Of a stretch of DNA of 64,000 nt, positions 48,049 to 58,106 are shown one piece after another. The notes beneath the pieces were generated by a model. That model searched no databases. It saw only the letters and a list, made by a program, of their open reading frames with translations, and had not been told where the DNA came from. Each line of letters opens with the position of its first letter. Position 1 is the first letter of the stretch. The DNA comes from Bacteroidales bacterium. GTDB taxonomy: Bacteria; Bacteroidota; Bacteroidia; Bacteroidales; Cfx3-03. Both the position numbers and the translations under genes were made by a program. The stretch spans positions 1,327,408-1,391,407 of the forward strand of contig CAXXNW010000007.1 of NCBI GenBank assembly GCA_963663125.2, written 5' to 3'.

Positions 48049-49803
48049 ATGAAAAATATATATTATTTTCTAATTATATCAATATTTATTACATGTTCAT
48101 GTAATAAAGTGTTGGATAAGGCTCCATTGGATATAATTTCGGAAGGAGCAGTATTTAATGATCCTGCATTAGCCCAAGCTTACGTAAATTCGGTTTATAG
48201 TGAGCTGTCATTCTTGGATAGAGAAGGATGGGGCTTTGAAGAAGTAGACGCCACATCTGGCTTGGCTGATGAAGGTAGGCAGGGAAGAAGCTGGCATCCG
48301 TTGTATACTACTTGGAAAGCAGGACGACTCGACAAGAATGGAGGTTTAGAGGATCTGTGGAATTATGGAACGATCCGTAAAGTAAACGAATTTCTTGCAA
48401 AGATTGAGAAAAATACGACATTTGATGTAAGTACTAAAAAAGGAATGATTGCCCAAATGAAGTTTGCAAGAGCTATAATTTATTTTTATATGGTAAAAAG
48501 ATATGGAGGTATTCCAATCATTACAAAGGCTCAGGCTATAGATGCTCCGAAAGATTCGCTATTTGTTTCAAGAAATAAGGAGGTAGAGGTTTATGATTTT
48601 ATTATAAATGAAATGGATGCAATAGCTGGGGATTTACCAACAGCCAATACTCAAATAGGTTACCCTACAAAATATGCCGCCCTTGCTCTTAAAAGTCGTG
48701 CAGCTATGTATGCCGCCAGTATTGCAACTTGGGGGAAAGTGGATTTAAATGGTTTGGTGGGAATACCCGCCAGTGAAGCACAACGTTTCTGGCAGGCATC
48801 TTATAATGCTTCAGCAGCAATTATTACATCAGGAGCATTTAGTTTGTATAATAAATTACCAAATGATAAAACAGAAAACTTCAGAAAGCTCTTTTTAGAT
48901 GAAAATAACAGTGAACTAATCTTTTCTTGGCAACTCACAGGTGCTAATGTAACTAGCAATTATGACTTATTCATGTCCCCATATCAATTTTGTCCAGGGT
49001 GGGGTGGAAGCAATACATCTGTTTATCTTGAAATGGTTGAAGAGTTTGAAAATATTGATGGTACTCCCGGTACATTTGATAGAGTTAAAGCCACAAGCCA
49101 ACCATGGGATTTGAGAGATCTGTTTGCAAAAAAAGATCCGCGTTTTAATGCTACAGTTTATTATGAAGGAACTATATGGAAAGGTGAACCCGTCGAGAAT
49201 TGGGGGGGGATTATCAAGCCCGATGGCACAAAAATTACAAGCGGGTATTATAACGGAAAACCAGCCAATGGAAGATCCTATTCAGCTGGCGGTTATGCGG
49301 GAGGAGTAATTACAGGTTTTAATGTATTAAAATATCTGGATGAAACTTTAATTCCGGTAGCTCAGAGTAAAACTAAAATCGATTTTATAGTTTTTCGTTT
49401 GGGTGAAATACTCCTTAATCATGCTGAAGCAGCTTATGAATTAGGTAAAACAAATGAAGCACTTGATGATGTAAATAAAATCAGAGATAGAGCTGGTATT
49501 GCTTTATTGACCAATATTACACGTGATAAAATCAGACATGAACGGAAAGTTGAGTTAGCTTTTGAAGATCAACGATGGTGGGATTTAAAAAGATGGAGAA
49601 TCGCTGTTAATGCTATTACTCGGACTTTTTCAGGTATTTATACTTTCTACGATGTCAATACGGGTAAGTTCAAAATCGAAATGAATAATAATGCAGATGG
49701 AGGTGTCCCGGCAGCTTTTTATGAAAAGCACTATTATTTGCCTATAACACCTAATCGGATAGCTAATAATCCAAATCTCGCTCCGGAAAATCCTGGTTAT
49801 TAA
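48049..49803 (+). CDS. SusD/RagB-family lipoprotein
   Basis: 584 aa. Lipobox FITCSC. FARAIIYFYMVKRYGGIPI, HERKVELAFEDQRWWDLKRW, YYLPITPNRIANNPNL. Confidence 0.9.
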   Translation: MKNIYYFLIISIFITCSCNKVLDKAPLDIISEGAVFNDPALAQAYVNSVYSELSFLDREGWGFEEVDATSGLADEGRQGRSWHPLYTTWKAGRLDKNGGLEDLWNYGTIRKVNEFLAKIEKNTTFDVSTKKGMIAQMKFARAIIYFYMVKRYGGIPIITKAQAIDAPKDSLFVSRNKEVEVYDFIINEMDAIAGDLPTANTQIGYPTKYAALALKSRAAMYAASIATWGKVDLNGLVGIPASEAQRFWQASYNASAAIITSGAFSLYNKLPNDKTENFRKLFLDENNSELIFSWQLTGANVTSNYDLFMSPYQFCPGWGGSNTSVYLEMVEEFENIDGTPGTFDRVKATSQPWDLRDLFAKKDPRFNATVYYEGTIWKGEPVENWGGIIKPDGTKITSGYYNGKPANGRSYSAGGYAGGVITGFNVLKYLDETLIPVAQSKTKIDFIVFRLGEILLNHAEAAYELGKTNEALDDVNKIRDRAGIALLTNITRDKIRHERKVELAFEDQRWWDLKRWRIAVNAITRTFSGIYTFYDVNTGKFKIEMNNNADGGVPAAFYEKHYYLPITPNRIANNPNLAPENPGY

Positions 49804-49822
49804 ACTTTTATTTAATAATAGA

Positions 49823-49870
49823 AAATATTACCAACTGCCGTTTATTTCAAAGAGGTAGTTGGTAATATTT
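49823..49870 (+). promoter_or_regulatory. Perfect 14-bp-stem hairpin directly downstream of the second susD
   Basis: aaatattaccaact (49823-49836) is the reverse complement of agttggtaatattt (49857-49870). The loop is 20 nt. Its geometry matches the hairpin after the first susD. Confidence 0.55.
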
Positions 49871-49889
49871 AACTTAAAATAGAAAATCT

Positions 49890-51530
49890 ATGCTCAATTA
49901 TAGTATTAAATTTCGATGTTTAATAGCAGTAGTTATATTGGCAATGTTGATTTTTGGCTGTAAAAAAACAAACAGCCATATATTAAAAGACAATACATCG
50001 TCTACTGAAATAATTTCAGGAACTATTTACCATATTGATATGGAAGGCAAAAGTCTTTATGACTTATTTATGATTGAATCGTTGCAGGGTAATGTTAACC
50101 GGATATCACCACTAATATGGGTTTTAAAAACCCCATTGGTTGAATATGATGGACCAGGAGCGATGGTTAATCGCTCATTTTGGCTAAATACGATTACTGA
50201 TATTAAGAAAGTAGAATTCAAAGACCCGTTTATAATGCTGAGGGATTTTGCAAGCAAAATAAGCGGTTGTGTGATCTATGACAATACTTTATTTGGAAGC
50301 TATATTAGTGGTTCCAGGTACCCACAGCCAAATGATAATTTAGTAGCTAAGCTTAATGTTACTGCAATGTTGTGTGCTAAGTACAACGCTGTTGCTCTTA
50401 CTAATGAGCAGCACAAAATATTGATTGATAAATATGGAGTTGATTTGCCGATCCTTGCCAATACTACAACAAGTGATTTTAGTAATTGGATTGCATGTTA
50501 CAGATATATGTACAATAACTTTAATCAAGATTTTAACACTAAAATGATGGCAAACAATTCCCATTATTGTTTGGGAATGTTTGACTTCTTAATAAAAAAC
50601 AAAATGTTTATTATTAATATGAAAGGCAGTCCTTCAATTCTTGAACAAAATCTCACTGAGAATATATTTAGCCGTTGTTCAAGTCCAGCCCCAGTATTTG
50701 GAATATGGAATCTTACAGGGAGTGAGCCAAACGAGGACACTTTCCAGCGATATTTAAATGAACATGGTAAATATTGCATTGCAAATTTTGAAGCCTTTAA
50801 TTTGAGCTTTACCAGTGGATTACCTAAATACTTGGCTACAACAAGTGAGACAAAAAGAAACCTAAAATATGATCCTAGTAAAAAATATATCTGCTTTACA
50901 GAAACTGATGGCGATAATTATGAATTTATCCAGCAAATATTTCCATTAAAGTTTGGAGTTTCTGCTCGTGACAGTTACCCGATTGGGTGGGAAATCCCAA
51001 GTACATTATGTGAATTAGACCCTGTTGCCGCTAAGTGGTTTTATAGCAATATTGGTCAAAACTGTTTTGTTAATCCGGTCACAGGCGCGGGCTATTATAA
51101 AAATATCCTTCCGCAACAATATCTGGACGAGTATTTTGCCCGCACGGATCTATATATGAAGGAGGCAAAATATCGAACGATAAGGGCTATGGGTTATAGC
51201 CTGAATGAAGGAAGACCTTTGACTGAAATACCAAGTGTTGAAGGCGTTTTCTGTGGGTATGGTGGTAATGATGCTATGCGGCCAACTATTGGGCAATACC
51301 CTCAAACCCATGAGATTTATAATGGTAAAGCTATCTTTATTAATTATTCCTATTTAGATATCAATGATATAATAAACTATAATGGTTCAACTCCCGCTTT
51401 TTTTAGTATTGCTTGTGTATATACAAATCCCAGCGAAGTGATCAAAACTATAAACTCCTTATCCACAGACTGGGTGGTTCTCTCCCCAGCAGAGATGGTG
51501 GATGTTTATAAGCAATATGCTGGAATTTAA
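49890..51530 (+). CDS. Uncharacterised lipoprotein, probably GxGYxYP-family putative glycoside hydrolase
   Basis: 546 aa. Lipobox IFGCKK. ESLQGNVNR resembles the N-terminal LQG.VNR motif of that family. TETDGDNYEF and VNPVTGAGYYKNILP (a degenerate GxGYxYP) are also present. This call comes from memory of the Pfam family, not from a search. Confidence 0.45.
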   Translation: MLNYSIKFRCLIAVVILAMLIFGCKKTNSHILKDNTSSTEIISGTIYHIDMEGKSLYDLFMIESLQGNVNRISPLIWVLKTPLVEYDGPGAMVNRSFWLNTITDIKKVEFKDPFIMLRDFASKISGCVIYDNTLFGSYISGSRYPQPNDNLVAKLNVTAMLCAKYNAVALTNEQHKILIDKYGVDLPILANTTTSDFSNWIACYRYMYNNFNQDFNTKMMANNSHYCLGMFDFLIKNKMFIINMKGSPSILEQNLTENIFSRCSSPAPVFGIWNLTGSEPNEDTFQRYLNEHGKYCIANFEAFNLSFTSGLPKYLATTSETKRNLKYDPSKKYICFTETDGDNYEFIQQIFPLKFGVSARDSYPIGWEIPSTLCELDPVAAKWFYSNIGQNCFVNPVTGAGYYKNILPQQYLDEYFARTDLYMKEAKYRTIRAMGYSLNEGRPLTEIPSVEGVFCGYGGNDAMRPTIGQYPQTHEIYNGKAIFINYSYLDINDIINYNGSTPAFFSIACVYTNPSEVIKTINSLSTDWVVLSPAEMVDVYKQYAGI

Positions 51531-51621
51531 TAGTGATTTGTATTAAATAAGTTAATAAATTGCTATGAAAAAGTTCTATTAATATATATTTTAACTAAAA
51601 AGTAATTCAGTTAATAAAATT

Positions 51622-53610
51622 ATGAAAAAGATATATCTGTTAATGTTAACATGTTTAATATGTATTTCCCTGAATGCACAAAATGACCACAAATTATTAC
51701 GTTCAAACTCTTTCTGGGGCTTGCATTTTGACAGACACTTACAATTAAATGATGATCATATCGGTGCAAGTTTAACGGAAGAGATGGTAGACTCTATGCT
51801 TCGACTTGCACGCCCAGATTACATTCAGGTTGATTCGAAAGGTCATCCAGGCGTTTCTTCATATCCTACCAATATAGGGCAACAAGCTGCTGGTTATGAT
51901 AAAGACCCTTTAGCATTAATTAAAAAAGTCACGGATAAGCGAAATGTAGCTCTATTTGTGCATTATTCGGGAGCAATAGATGAAAATTATGTAAGATTGC
52001 ATCCTGATCAAGCCAGATTTGGTCCGGATGGAAAGCCAGACAAACAGCTCACAAGTTTTTGGGGAAATTATTCGGAGAAACTACTTATTCCTCAATTAAA
52101 GGAATTTGCATTGAAATATAAAGTGGATGGGGCCTGGATTGATGGAGAAAGCTGGGCCATATATCCTGATTATCAGACAGCAGCTTTGGCCGAATTTAAA
52201 AAAGAAACAGGAGTGGACACACCACCTACAACTGTAAACGATCCAAATTACAAGAAGTTATTAGAATTTACCAGAAAAAAATTTCTTTCATATATTAAAC
52301 ACTATACCGAAGAAGTTCATAAAGTAGCATCTGATTTTCAGATATGTTCCAATTGGGCTTTTAGTGGACTGATGCCTGAACCTGTGCCGGGAGATATTGG
52401 GCTGGATTTTTTCTCTGGTGACTATGACCCTGATAACTCCTTAAATACAGCAAATTGGAATGCTCGTTGTTTGGCAGAACAAGGTAAACCATTCGATTTA
52501 ATGGCATGGAGCTTTGTTCGCCCAAATACACCAAAAACTGCTATTCAACTTTGCCAGGAAGCAGCATCTGTGATTAGTGTTGGTGGCGGTTGTCAAATCT
52601 ATTTTAGACAGAATGCAGATCTGTCATTTCAGCCATCTTCTTTTGGCATTATGAAAGACATCGCTGATTTTATATTGCCACGAAGAGATTTTTGTAAAGG
52701 GGTATCAATTGTCCCACAGGTAGGATTGTTCTATTCAACAGCAGGCTGGAAAAAACAAGTTGATGACGTTTATCGTCCTTTTGGGGTCAATGACATTCGG
52801 GGAGTTATGAACGCTCTTCTTGATGGACAGCAATCCGTAGAGGTTTTAATGACTCATCACCTAATAAAAAGAATGAAAGATTTTCCACTCATCGTAGTAC
52901 CCGAATGGGAGATATTAGAGGAAGAAGTTGTAGCGCAATTAAAAGATTACGTTAAAAATGGTGGTAGATTACTGGTGATAGGATCATCTTCTACTCAGGA
53001 ATTTAAAGATATATTAGGCGTAAAACAAAAAGAGGAACCGCGAAAAGTGAGTCAGACACTGGGATTTGACGGTCGTTTTGTTGATATTAGCGGCAATTAT
53101 TGTGAAGTGGAATGTCTTTCCGGAACCAAATCATTTGCAAGATTATTTAAAACAAATGATTTGAGGTATCCTTCAGGGATTATTGCTACTACAAGCAATT
53201 ATGGAAAGGGAATGGTGGCAGGAATTTATATGGATTTGGGTAATTCATATTTATCAACCTCTTCACCAGTATTACGTGATTTTTTTTCAGGCATCATCTC
53301 TGAACTCAATCCTAATCTGAAGGTAAAAGTGGAAGGTTCACACAAAATCAATGTTGTAACTACGACTAAAGAAGGTAAACTATTGATACAATTAGTAAAT
53401 ACATCGGGCGACCATGCGAATGCCAATGTAAAAGCGTTTGATGAGATTCCAGCATTATATAACCTAAAAGTTTCGGTTCGAACTTCAAAAAAGCCGACAT
53501 CAGTATTTTTACAACCAAATGGAACCCCATTAAATTTTGACTTTGCAAAAGGACAAGTAACACTGACCATTCCTGAACTAAAGATTCATAATATTCTTGA
53601 AATCAAATAA
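51622..53610 (+). CDS. Uncharacterised secreted protein, GHL6-like TIM barrel plus GH42M-like (class-I GATase fold) domain; putative glycoside hydrolase
   Basis: 662 aa with a signal peptide. FWGLHFDRH...IQVDSKGHPGVSSYPT resembles the hypothetical glycosyl hydrolase 6 start. FPLIVVPEWEILEEEVVAQLKDYVKNGGRLLVIG resembles the GH42 trimerisation-domain pattern. Confidence 0.4.
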   Translation: MKKIYLLMLTCLICISLNAQNDHKLLRSNSFWGLHFDRHLQLNDDHIGASLTEEMVDSMLRLARPDYIQVDSKGHPGVSSYPTNIGQQAAGYDKDPLALIKKVTDKRNVALFVHYSGAIDENYVRLHPDQARFGPDGKPDKQLTSFWGNYSEKLLIPQLKEFALKYKVDGAWIDGESWAIYPDYQTAALAEFKKETGVDTPPTTVNDPNYKKLLEFTRKKFLSYIKHYTEEVHKVASDFQICSNWAFSGLMPEPVPGDIGLDFFSGDYDPDNSLNTANWNARCLAEQGKPFDLMAWSFVRPNTPKTAIQLCQEAASVISVGGGCQIYFRQNADLSFQPSSFGIMKDIADFILPRRDFCKGVSIVPQVGLFYSTAGWKKQVDDVYRPFGVNDIRGVMNALLDGQQSVEVLMTHHLIKRMKDFPLIVVPEWEILEEEVVAQLKDYVKNGGRLLVIGSSSTQEFKDILGVKQKEEPRKVSQTLGFDGRFVDISGNYCEVECLSGTKSFARLFKTNDLRYPSGIIATTSNYGKGMVAGIYMDLGNSYLSTSSPVLRDFFSGIISELNPNLKVKVEGSHKINVVTTTKEGKLLIQLVNTSGDHANANVKAFDEIPALYNLKVSVRTSKKPTSVFLQPNGTPLNFDFAKGQVTLTIPELKIHNILEIK

Positions 53611-53647
53611 CTTAATTAATTTCTTTCTGCAAAAAAAATAGAATAAA

Positions 53648-55153
53648 ATGAAAATAAGATTAACAACAATGGCATTGGCCTTTCTAACGTTTTTTTTCAA
53701 CTGTTTTATTGATCATCCCGCATTTGCCCAGGAAAAGTATAACCCTACCTGGGAATCTTTAGATGCTCGTCCTGTACCTCAATGGTTCAGCGATGCACAC
53801 TTTGGTATATTTATTCATTGGGGCGTTTATAGTGTCCCTTCCTGGGCTCCAAAAGGTCAATATGCCGAATGGTACTGGGCACAATTACGTAACGATAAAC
53901 CGGATGGTCCATGGCGTACCTTTCATAACCGCACTTATGGGAAAGATTATCCTTATGAGCTTTTTGCGCCACAATTTACTGCTGAACTCTTTAATCCTCA
54001 AGAGTGGGCAGACCTCTTCAAAAAGTCAGGGGCAAAATATGTGGTATTAACCAGTAAACACCATGATGGATATTGCTTGTGGCCAGCCCCTTCCAGTAAA
54101 AATTGGAACAGTGTTGAAGTTGGTGCTAAGCGCGATTTATTAGGCGATCTTACAACAGCTGTAAGAAAGAAAGGATTAAGAATGGGATATTATTATTCGT
54201 TACATAACTGGTATGATAAGGATTATGCTCCAGCAGACCCTATGGGCCCCCGCAACATTGAAAAGTATGTGCAGGAGGTAATGATGCCTCAGCTTAAAGA
54301 TCTTGTTAGTAAATATAAACCTGCTTTAATTTTTACTGATGGTGAATGGGTAGCTCCAGCAGAAGAATTCCACAGTCAGGAATTCTTGACATGGCTTTAT
54401 AATGAATCTCAGGCTCCTAAAGATATTGTGGTTAATGATCGATGGGGCAAAGATACGCGCAGTAAACATGGTGGATATTACACAACCGAATATGGAAAAG
54501 TTGATGTCAATGGCACACAGCTTTCCAATGAACATCCATGGGAAGAATGCCGGGGGATTGGTGCTTCATTCGGTTATAATAGGAATGAAGCACTGGCTGA
54601 TTACCTTACTCATAAACAAGTAGTTCATCTGTTAATTGATGTGGTAAGCCGTGGGGGGAACTTGTTATTGAACATTGGTCCCACTGCTGATGGGCGCATT
54701 CCTGTAATCATGGAAGATCGCTTATTAACGATAGGTAATTGGCTAAAAGTTAATGGAGAGGCAATATATAGTAGCAAAAAGTGGCTAATCGATGGTGAAG
54801 GGCCAACTCCACGGGAAAAAAGTATAGCTCAAGCAACTTCTTCCAGCGAAGCAGTTGATTATACCAACAAAGACATTAGATATACTCAGTCAAAAGATGA
54901 AAAAACATTGTTTGCAATCATTTTGGGATGGCCGCAAGGTCAGCTGGTATTAAACTCAGTAAGAATGGATACTAAAAGAGATGGAAATATTGAATTATTG
55001 GGATATAATGGGAAAATATCATATAAAGTAAATAGTCAAGGACAATTAATTATTTATATCCCTAAATTAAGTTTAAATGAGTTGCCATGTGAGTATGCCT
55101 ATACATTTAAACTTACCGGTTTTGATTTAACGTTGGCCCCTGCTCAGAAGTAA
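53648..55153 (+). CDS. Alpha-L-fucosidase, GH29
   Basis: 501 aa with a signal peptide. WFSDAHFGIFIHWGVYSVPSWA, EWYW, YVVLTSKHHDGYCLWPS, LIFTDGEW, GGNLLLNIGPTADG. Confidence 0.9.
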   Translation: MKIRLTTMALAFLTFFFNCFIDHPAFAQEKYNPTWESLDARPVPQWFSDAHFGIFIHWGVYSVPSWAPKGQYAEWYWAQLRNDKPDGPWRTFHNRTYGKDYPYELFAPQFTAELFNPQEWADLFKKSGAKYVVLTSKHHDGYCLWPAPSSKNWNSVEVGAKRDLLGDLTTAVRKKGLRMGYYYSLHNWYDKDYAPADPMGPRNIEKYVQEVMMPQLKDLVSKYKPALIFTDGEWVAPAEEFHSQEFLTWLYNESQAPKDIVVNDRWGKDTRSKHGGYYTTEYGKVDVNGTQLSNEHPWEECRGIGASFGYNRNEALADYLTHKQVVHLLIDVVSRGGNLLLNIGPTADGRIPVIMEDRLLTIGNWLKVNGEAIYSSKKWLIDGEGPTPREKSIAQATSSSEAVDYTNKDIRYTQSKDEKTLFAIILGWPQGQLVLNSVRMDTKRDGNIELLGYNGKISYKVNSQGQLIIYIPKLSLNELPCEYAYTFKLTGFDLTLAPAQK

Positions 55154-55184
55154 AAACGTATTTCTAAGAACCAGAGAAATAAAA

Positions 55185-57458
55185 TTGATTATGAGAAAAT
55201 TAATAAGGAAATTCGAACTATTAACTGTTATACAAATTTTAATAGTTACTTCTTGTTTTGCACAGAATAATAATAACAGATATGTAAATCGGTTTATTGG
55301 TACAGGTGGAAATGGTGGTATCGTGCCTGTAGCTGCTATGCCTTTTGGTATGGTTCAGTTAGGCCCTGATACGCGAACTTATTCTTCCGGTTATCATTAT
55401 AATGATAAAAATATTTTAGGGTTTAGTCATATTCATAAAAGTGGTGCAGGATGTAGTGATTTTTTGGATATATTGTTTCTTCCGTTAGCTACCGATATCT
55501 CAACTGATAATATGGACATACTAAAACGAGCACAATTTTTAACACCTTTTTCACATGAAACTGAATTATCTCAGCCAGGATACTATAAAGTGGGACTTTA
55601 CAACAACAGTGTAATGGTGGAACTAACCGCAACATTAAGGTGTGGTCTTCAGCGTTATAATTATACCAAACAAGGCAAAAAATCTGTTATTATTGATCTT
55701 GAGCATGGGTCAGATTGTGGATGTTCAATAGTAAAAGAACAAGATGTTGATACAATAATATCATCATCTTTAGAAATGGTTGATAATAACACGATCAGGG
55801 GTAGTCGTATTTCAAGTGGCTTTGCACCAGAGCAGCATGTGTATTTTTACACGACTTTTTCAGAACCTATTAATAATTTTACTTTATATGTTGACAACAA
55901 AAAAGTTAATGGGATTACTACAGCAAAAGGAAAAAATATTAAAGCGATTCTCACATTTACGGGATCTACAAAAACTTTAGATATTAAAACAGGTATTTCT
56001 CCTGTTGATTTACAGGGTGCCAGGAAAAATTACATTGCCGAAGCTGCAAGAAAAAGTTTTGACGAAGTTAAGTTAAATTCACAGTATAAGTGGGCGAATA
56101 TACTTAGTTCGATAGCAATAGAAACTAAGGATAAAAAGAAGAAGGAATTATTCTATACAGCTTTATTTAATGTAATGATGTATCCGACACTTTATTCAGA
56201 TGTTGATAATCGCTATCGGGGACCAGATAAAAAAATACATCAAACAGATGGCTATTCATATTATGGCGGGGTGATGGGTTTTTGGGATACATTTAGGGCT
56301 GCATGCCCCCTGCAGGCTGTTTTACAACCAAAAGTGATGGGGGAATATGTTAAGACATGTTTAGCCCATTATAAATATGCCGATCAGCTCCCAATCTGGA
56401 CATTGGCAGGAGTAGAAACGTATCAAATGACAGGACTACCTGCTATACCGATAATTACCAATGCCTATATGAATGGCATAAAGAATTTTGATACTGATTA
56501 TGCGATGAAAGCTATGCGGAGATCAGCAATGAAAGATACCTGTGGATTTTCGATGAATTACTTTGTTGGATTGAAAAACTATAAAAAATATGGATATGTA
56601 CCTTGCGATTTAGAGATGGAATCGGTCGCTCGTACATTAGAATATGCATTTGATGATAGAGCTATCGCTCAATTTGCAAAACTAATAAAACATAAAGAAG
56701 ATTATGATTATTTTTATAAACGATCATTTAATTACAAGAATGTGATTGATACAGTTAGCTGTTTTGCAAGAGGCAAAACTGCCAATGGCGATTGGCGGAC
56801 ACCGTTTAATCCGTTGAATTCGGAGCACCGCAGAGATGATTATTGCGAAGGTAATGCTTGGCAATGGACTTTTTTCGTGCCACACGATGTTGATGGGCTG
56901 GCAAATATGTTTGGAGGAAGAAAAGTATTACTAGCCCGGTTAGATTCCCTTTTTAACCTAAAATCAAAAATTAGCGGAACTAACATTTCTGGTGATATTT
57001 CAGGTTTAATAGGACAGTATGCACATGGAAATGAACCTAGTCATCATATTGCATACTTGTATAACTACTTGGGGGAGCCTAGAAAAACGCAATATTACGT
57101 TAATAAAATATTAACAACTCTATATGACACTATTCCAGATGGTATATGTGGAAATGAAGATACTGGACAAATGAGTGCATGGTATGTTTTTAGTGCTTTA
57201 GGATTCTATCCGATGAATCCCGTCTCAGGTAGATATGAACTAGGTGCTCCTTTATTTGATAAGGCGGTTATTAAGCTTCCCTCAAAAAAGACTTTTACTA
57301 TAACAGCAGTTAATTTATCAAGCAAAAATATTTGTGTTAAAAAGATATTCTTGAATGGCGAAAAGTTAAATAGAACTTATTTAACTTTTCGCGAAGTTCT
57401 CAATGGCGGGGAACTTCGGTTTGAGATGGATAATAAGTCAATAATCCCAAGCAATTAA
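55185..57458 (+). CDS. GH92 alpha-mannosidase
   Basis: 757 aa with a signal peptide. YVNRFIGTGGNGGIVPVAAMPFGMVQLGPDT, AHGNEPSHHIAYLYNY, CGNEDTGQMSAWYVFSALGFYPMNP. Confidence 0.92.
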   Translation: MIMRKLIRKFELLTVIQILIVTSCFAQNNNNRYVNRFIGTGGNGGIVPVAAMPFGMVQLGPDTRTYSSGYHYNDKNILGFSHIHKSGAGCSDFLDILFLPLATDISTDNMDILKRAQFLTPFSHETELSQPGYYKVGLYNNSVMVELTATLRCGLQRYNYTKQGKKSVIIDLEHGSDCGCSIVKEQDVDTIISSSLEMVDNNTIRGSRISSGFAPEQHVYFYTTFSEPINNFTLYVDNKKVNGITTAKGKNIKAILTFTGSTKTLDIKTGISPVDLQGARKNYIAEAARKSFDEVKLNSQYKWANILSSIAIETKDKKKKELFYTALFNVMMYPTLYSDVDNRYRGPDKKIHQTDGYSYYGGVMGFWDTFRAACPLQAVLQPKVMGEYVKTCLAHYKYADQLPIWTLAGVETYQMTGLPAIPIITNAYMNGIKNFDTDYAMKAMRRSAMKDTCGFSMNYFVGLKNYKKYGYVPCDLEMESVARTLEYAFDDRAIAQFAKLIKHKEDYDYFYKRSFNYKNVIDTVSCFARGKTANGDWRTPFNPLNSEHRRDDYCEGNAWQWTFFVPHDVDGLANMFGGRKVLLARLDSLFNLKSKISGTNISGDISGLIGQYAHGNEPSHHIAYLYNYLGEPRKTQYYVNKILTTLYDTIPDGICGNEDTGQMSAWYVFSALGFYPMNPVSGRYELGAPLFDKAVIKLPSKKTFTITAVNLSSKNICVKKIFLNGEKLNRTYLTFREVLNGGELRFEMDNKSIIPSN

Positions 57459-57504
57459 TTATGAAAAGGAGAAATTTTTTAGTTTCTGTAGTAATTACAA
57501 GTAC

Positions 57505-57999
57505 AGTAAGCTTGCAAAATTCGGTCGGAGTAAAGAAAAGTGCACTGGTGCAAAGCTTATCGTATTAGCTGTCATTATCAACACGGAAGGTTTTTTGAAA
57601 TATTCTGACATCTTTGAAGGTAACACATCCGATTGTGCCACATTACAAACCGTAACACAAAACGATGATACTTCGATGGCACATCTGCATCTGGGTTTGC
57701 TTGCTTATTGGATTGTATCTACCATCCGTTATCAATTAAAACAAAAAGGCATCCATTACGATTGGAGTGAGATAGTCCGCATAATGAACTCGCAGAAAAG
57801 TGTGACCACAACCGTGGAAAACGACAAGGGTGAAACAATACAAATCAGACAATACAGTGAACCCTCAGAGAAAGTTATACAAATATGCTGCACATTAAAA
57901 TACGCTTCAATCCCTTTCACTAGAAAAAAATCCGTGTGGCACACTGATGGGAATTTAAAAAATCCAAAACCAGATTATCAACCTTTTATGGATGGATAG
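57505..57999 (+). pseudogene. Degenerate, internally deleted IS1634/IS4-type transposase remnant
   Basis: The frame is open from 57445. SKLAKFGRSKEKCTGAKLIVLAVIINTEGFLKYSDIFEGNTSDCATLQ resembles the G.SKD.R.DLKQ..LGL.V...G.P....VF.GNT.D..T region of IS1634-type transposases. It jumps directly to a C-terminal segment (AHLHLGLLAYWIVSTIRYQLK...), so the N-terminus and DDE core are missing. Confidence 0.55.
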
Positions 58000-58062
58000 C
58001 TACAATCTGGATTAAAGTAGGAATTGTATAAAGATAAAAGTAAGCTAAGGTAATTAATAAAC

Positions 58063-58097
58063 AAGAAGCCTTCAAATCTACTAATTGAAGGCTTCTT
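58063..58097. terminator. Perfect 13-bp-stem hairpin downstream of tRNA-Arg (bidirectional terminator candidate)
   Basis: aagaagccttcaa (58063-58075) pairs with ttgaaggcttctt (58085-58097). On the minus strand it is followed by gtttatt; on the plus strand by aaaatttt. Confidence 0.6.
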
Positions 58098-58106
58098 AAA
58101 ATTTTG

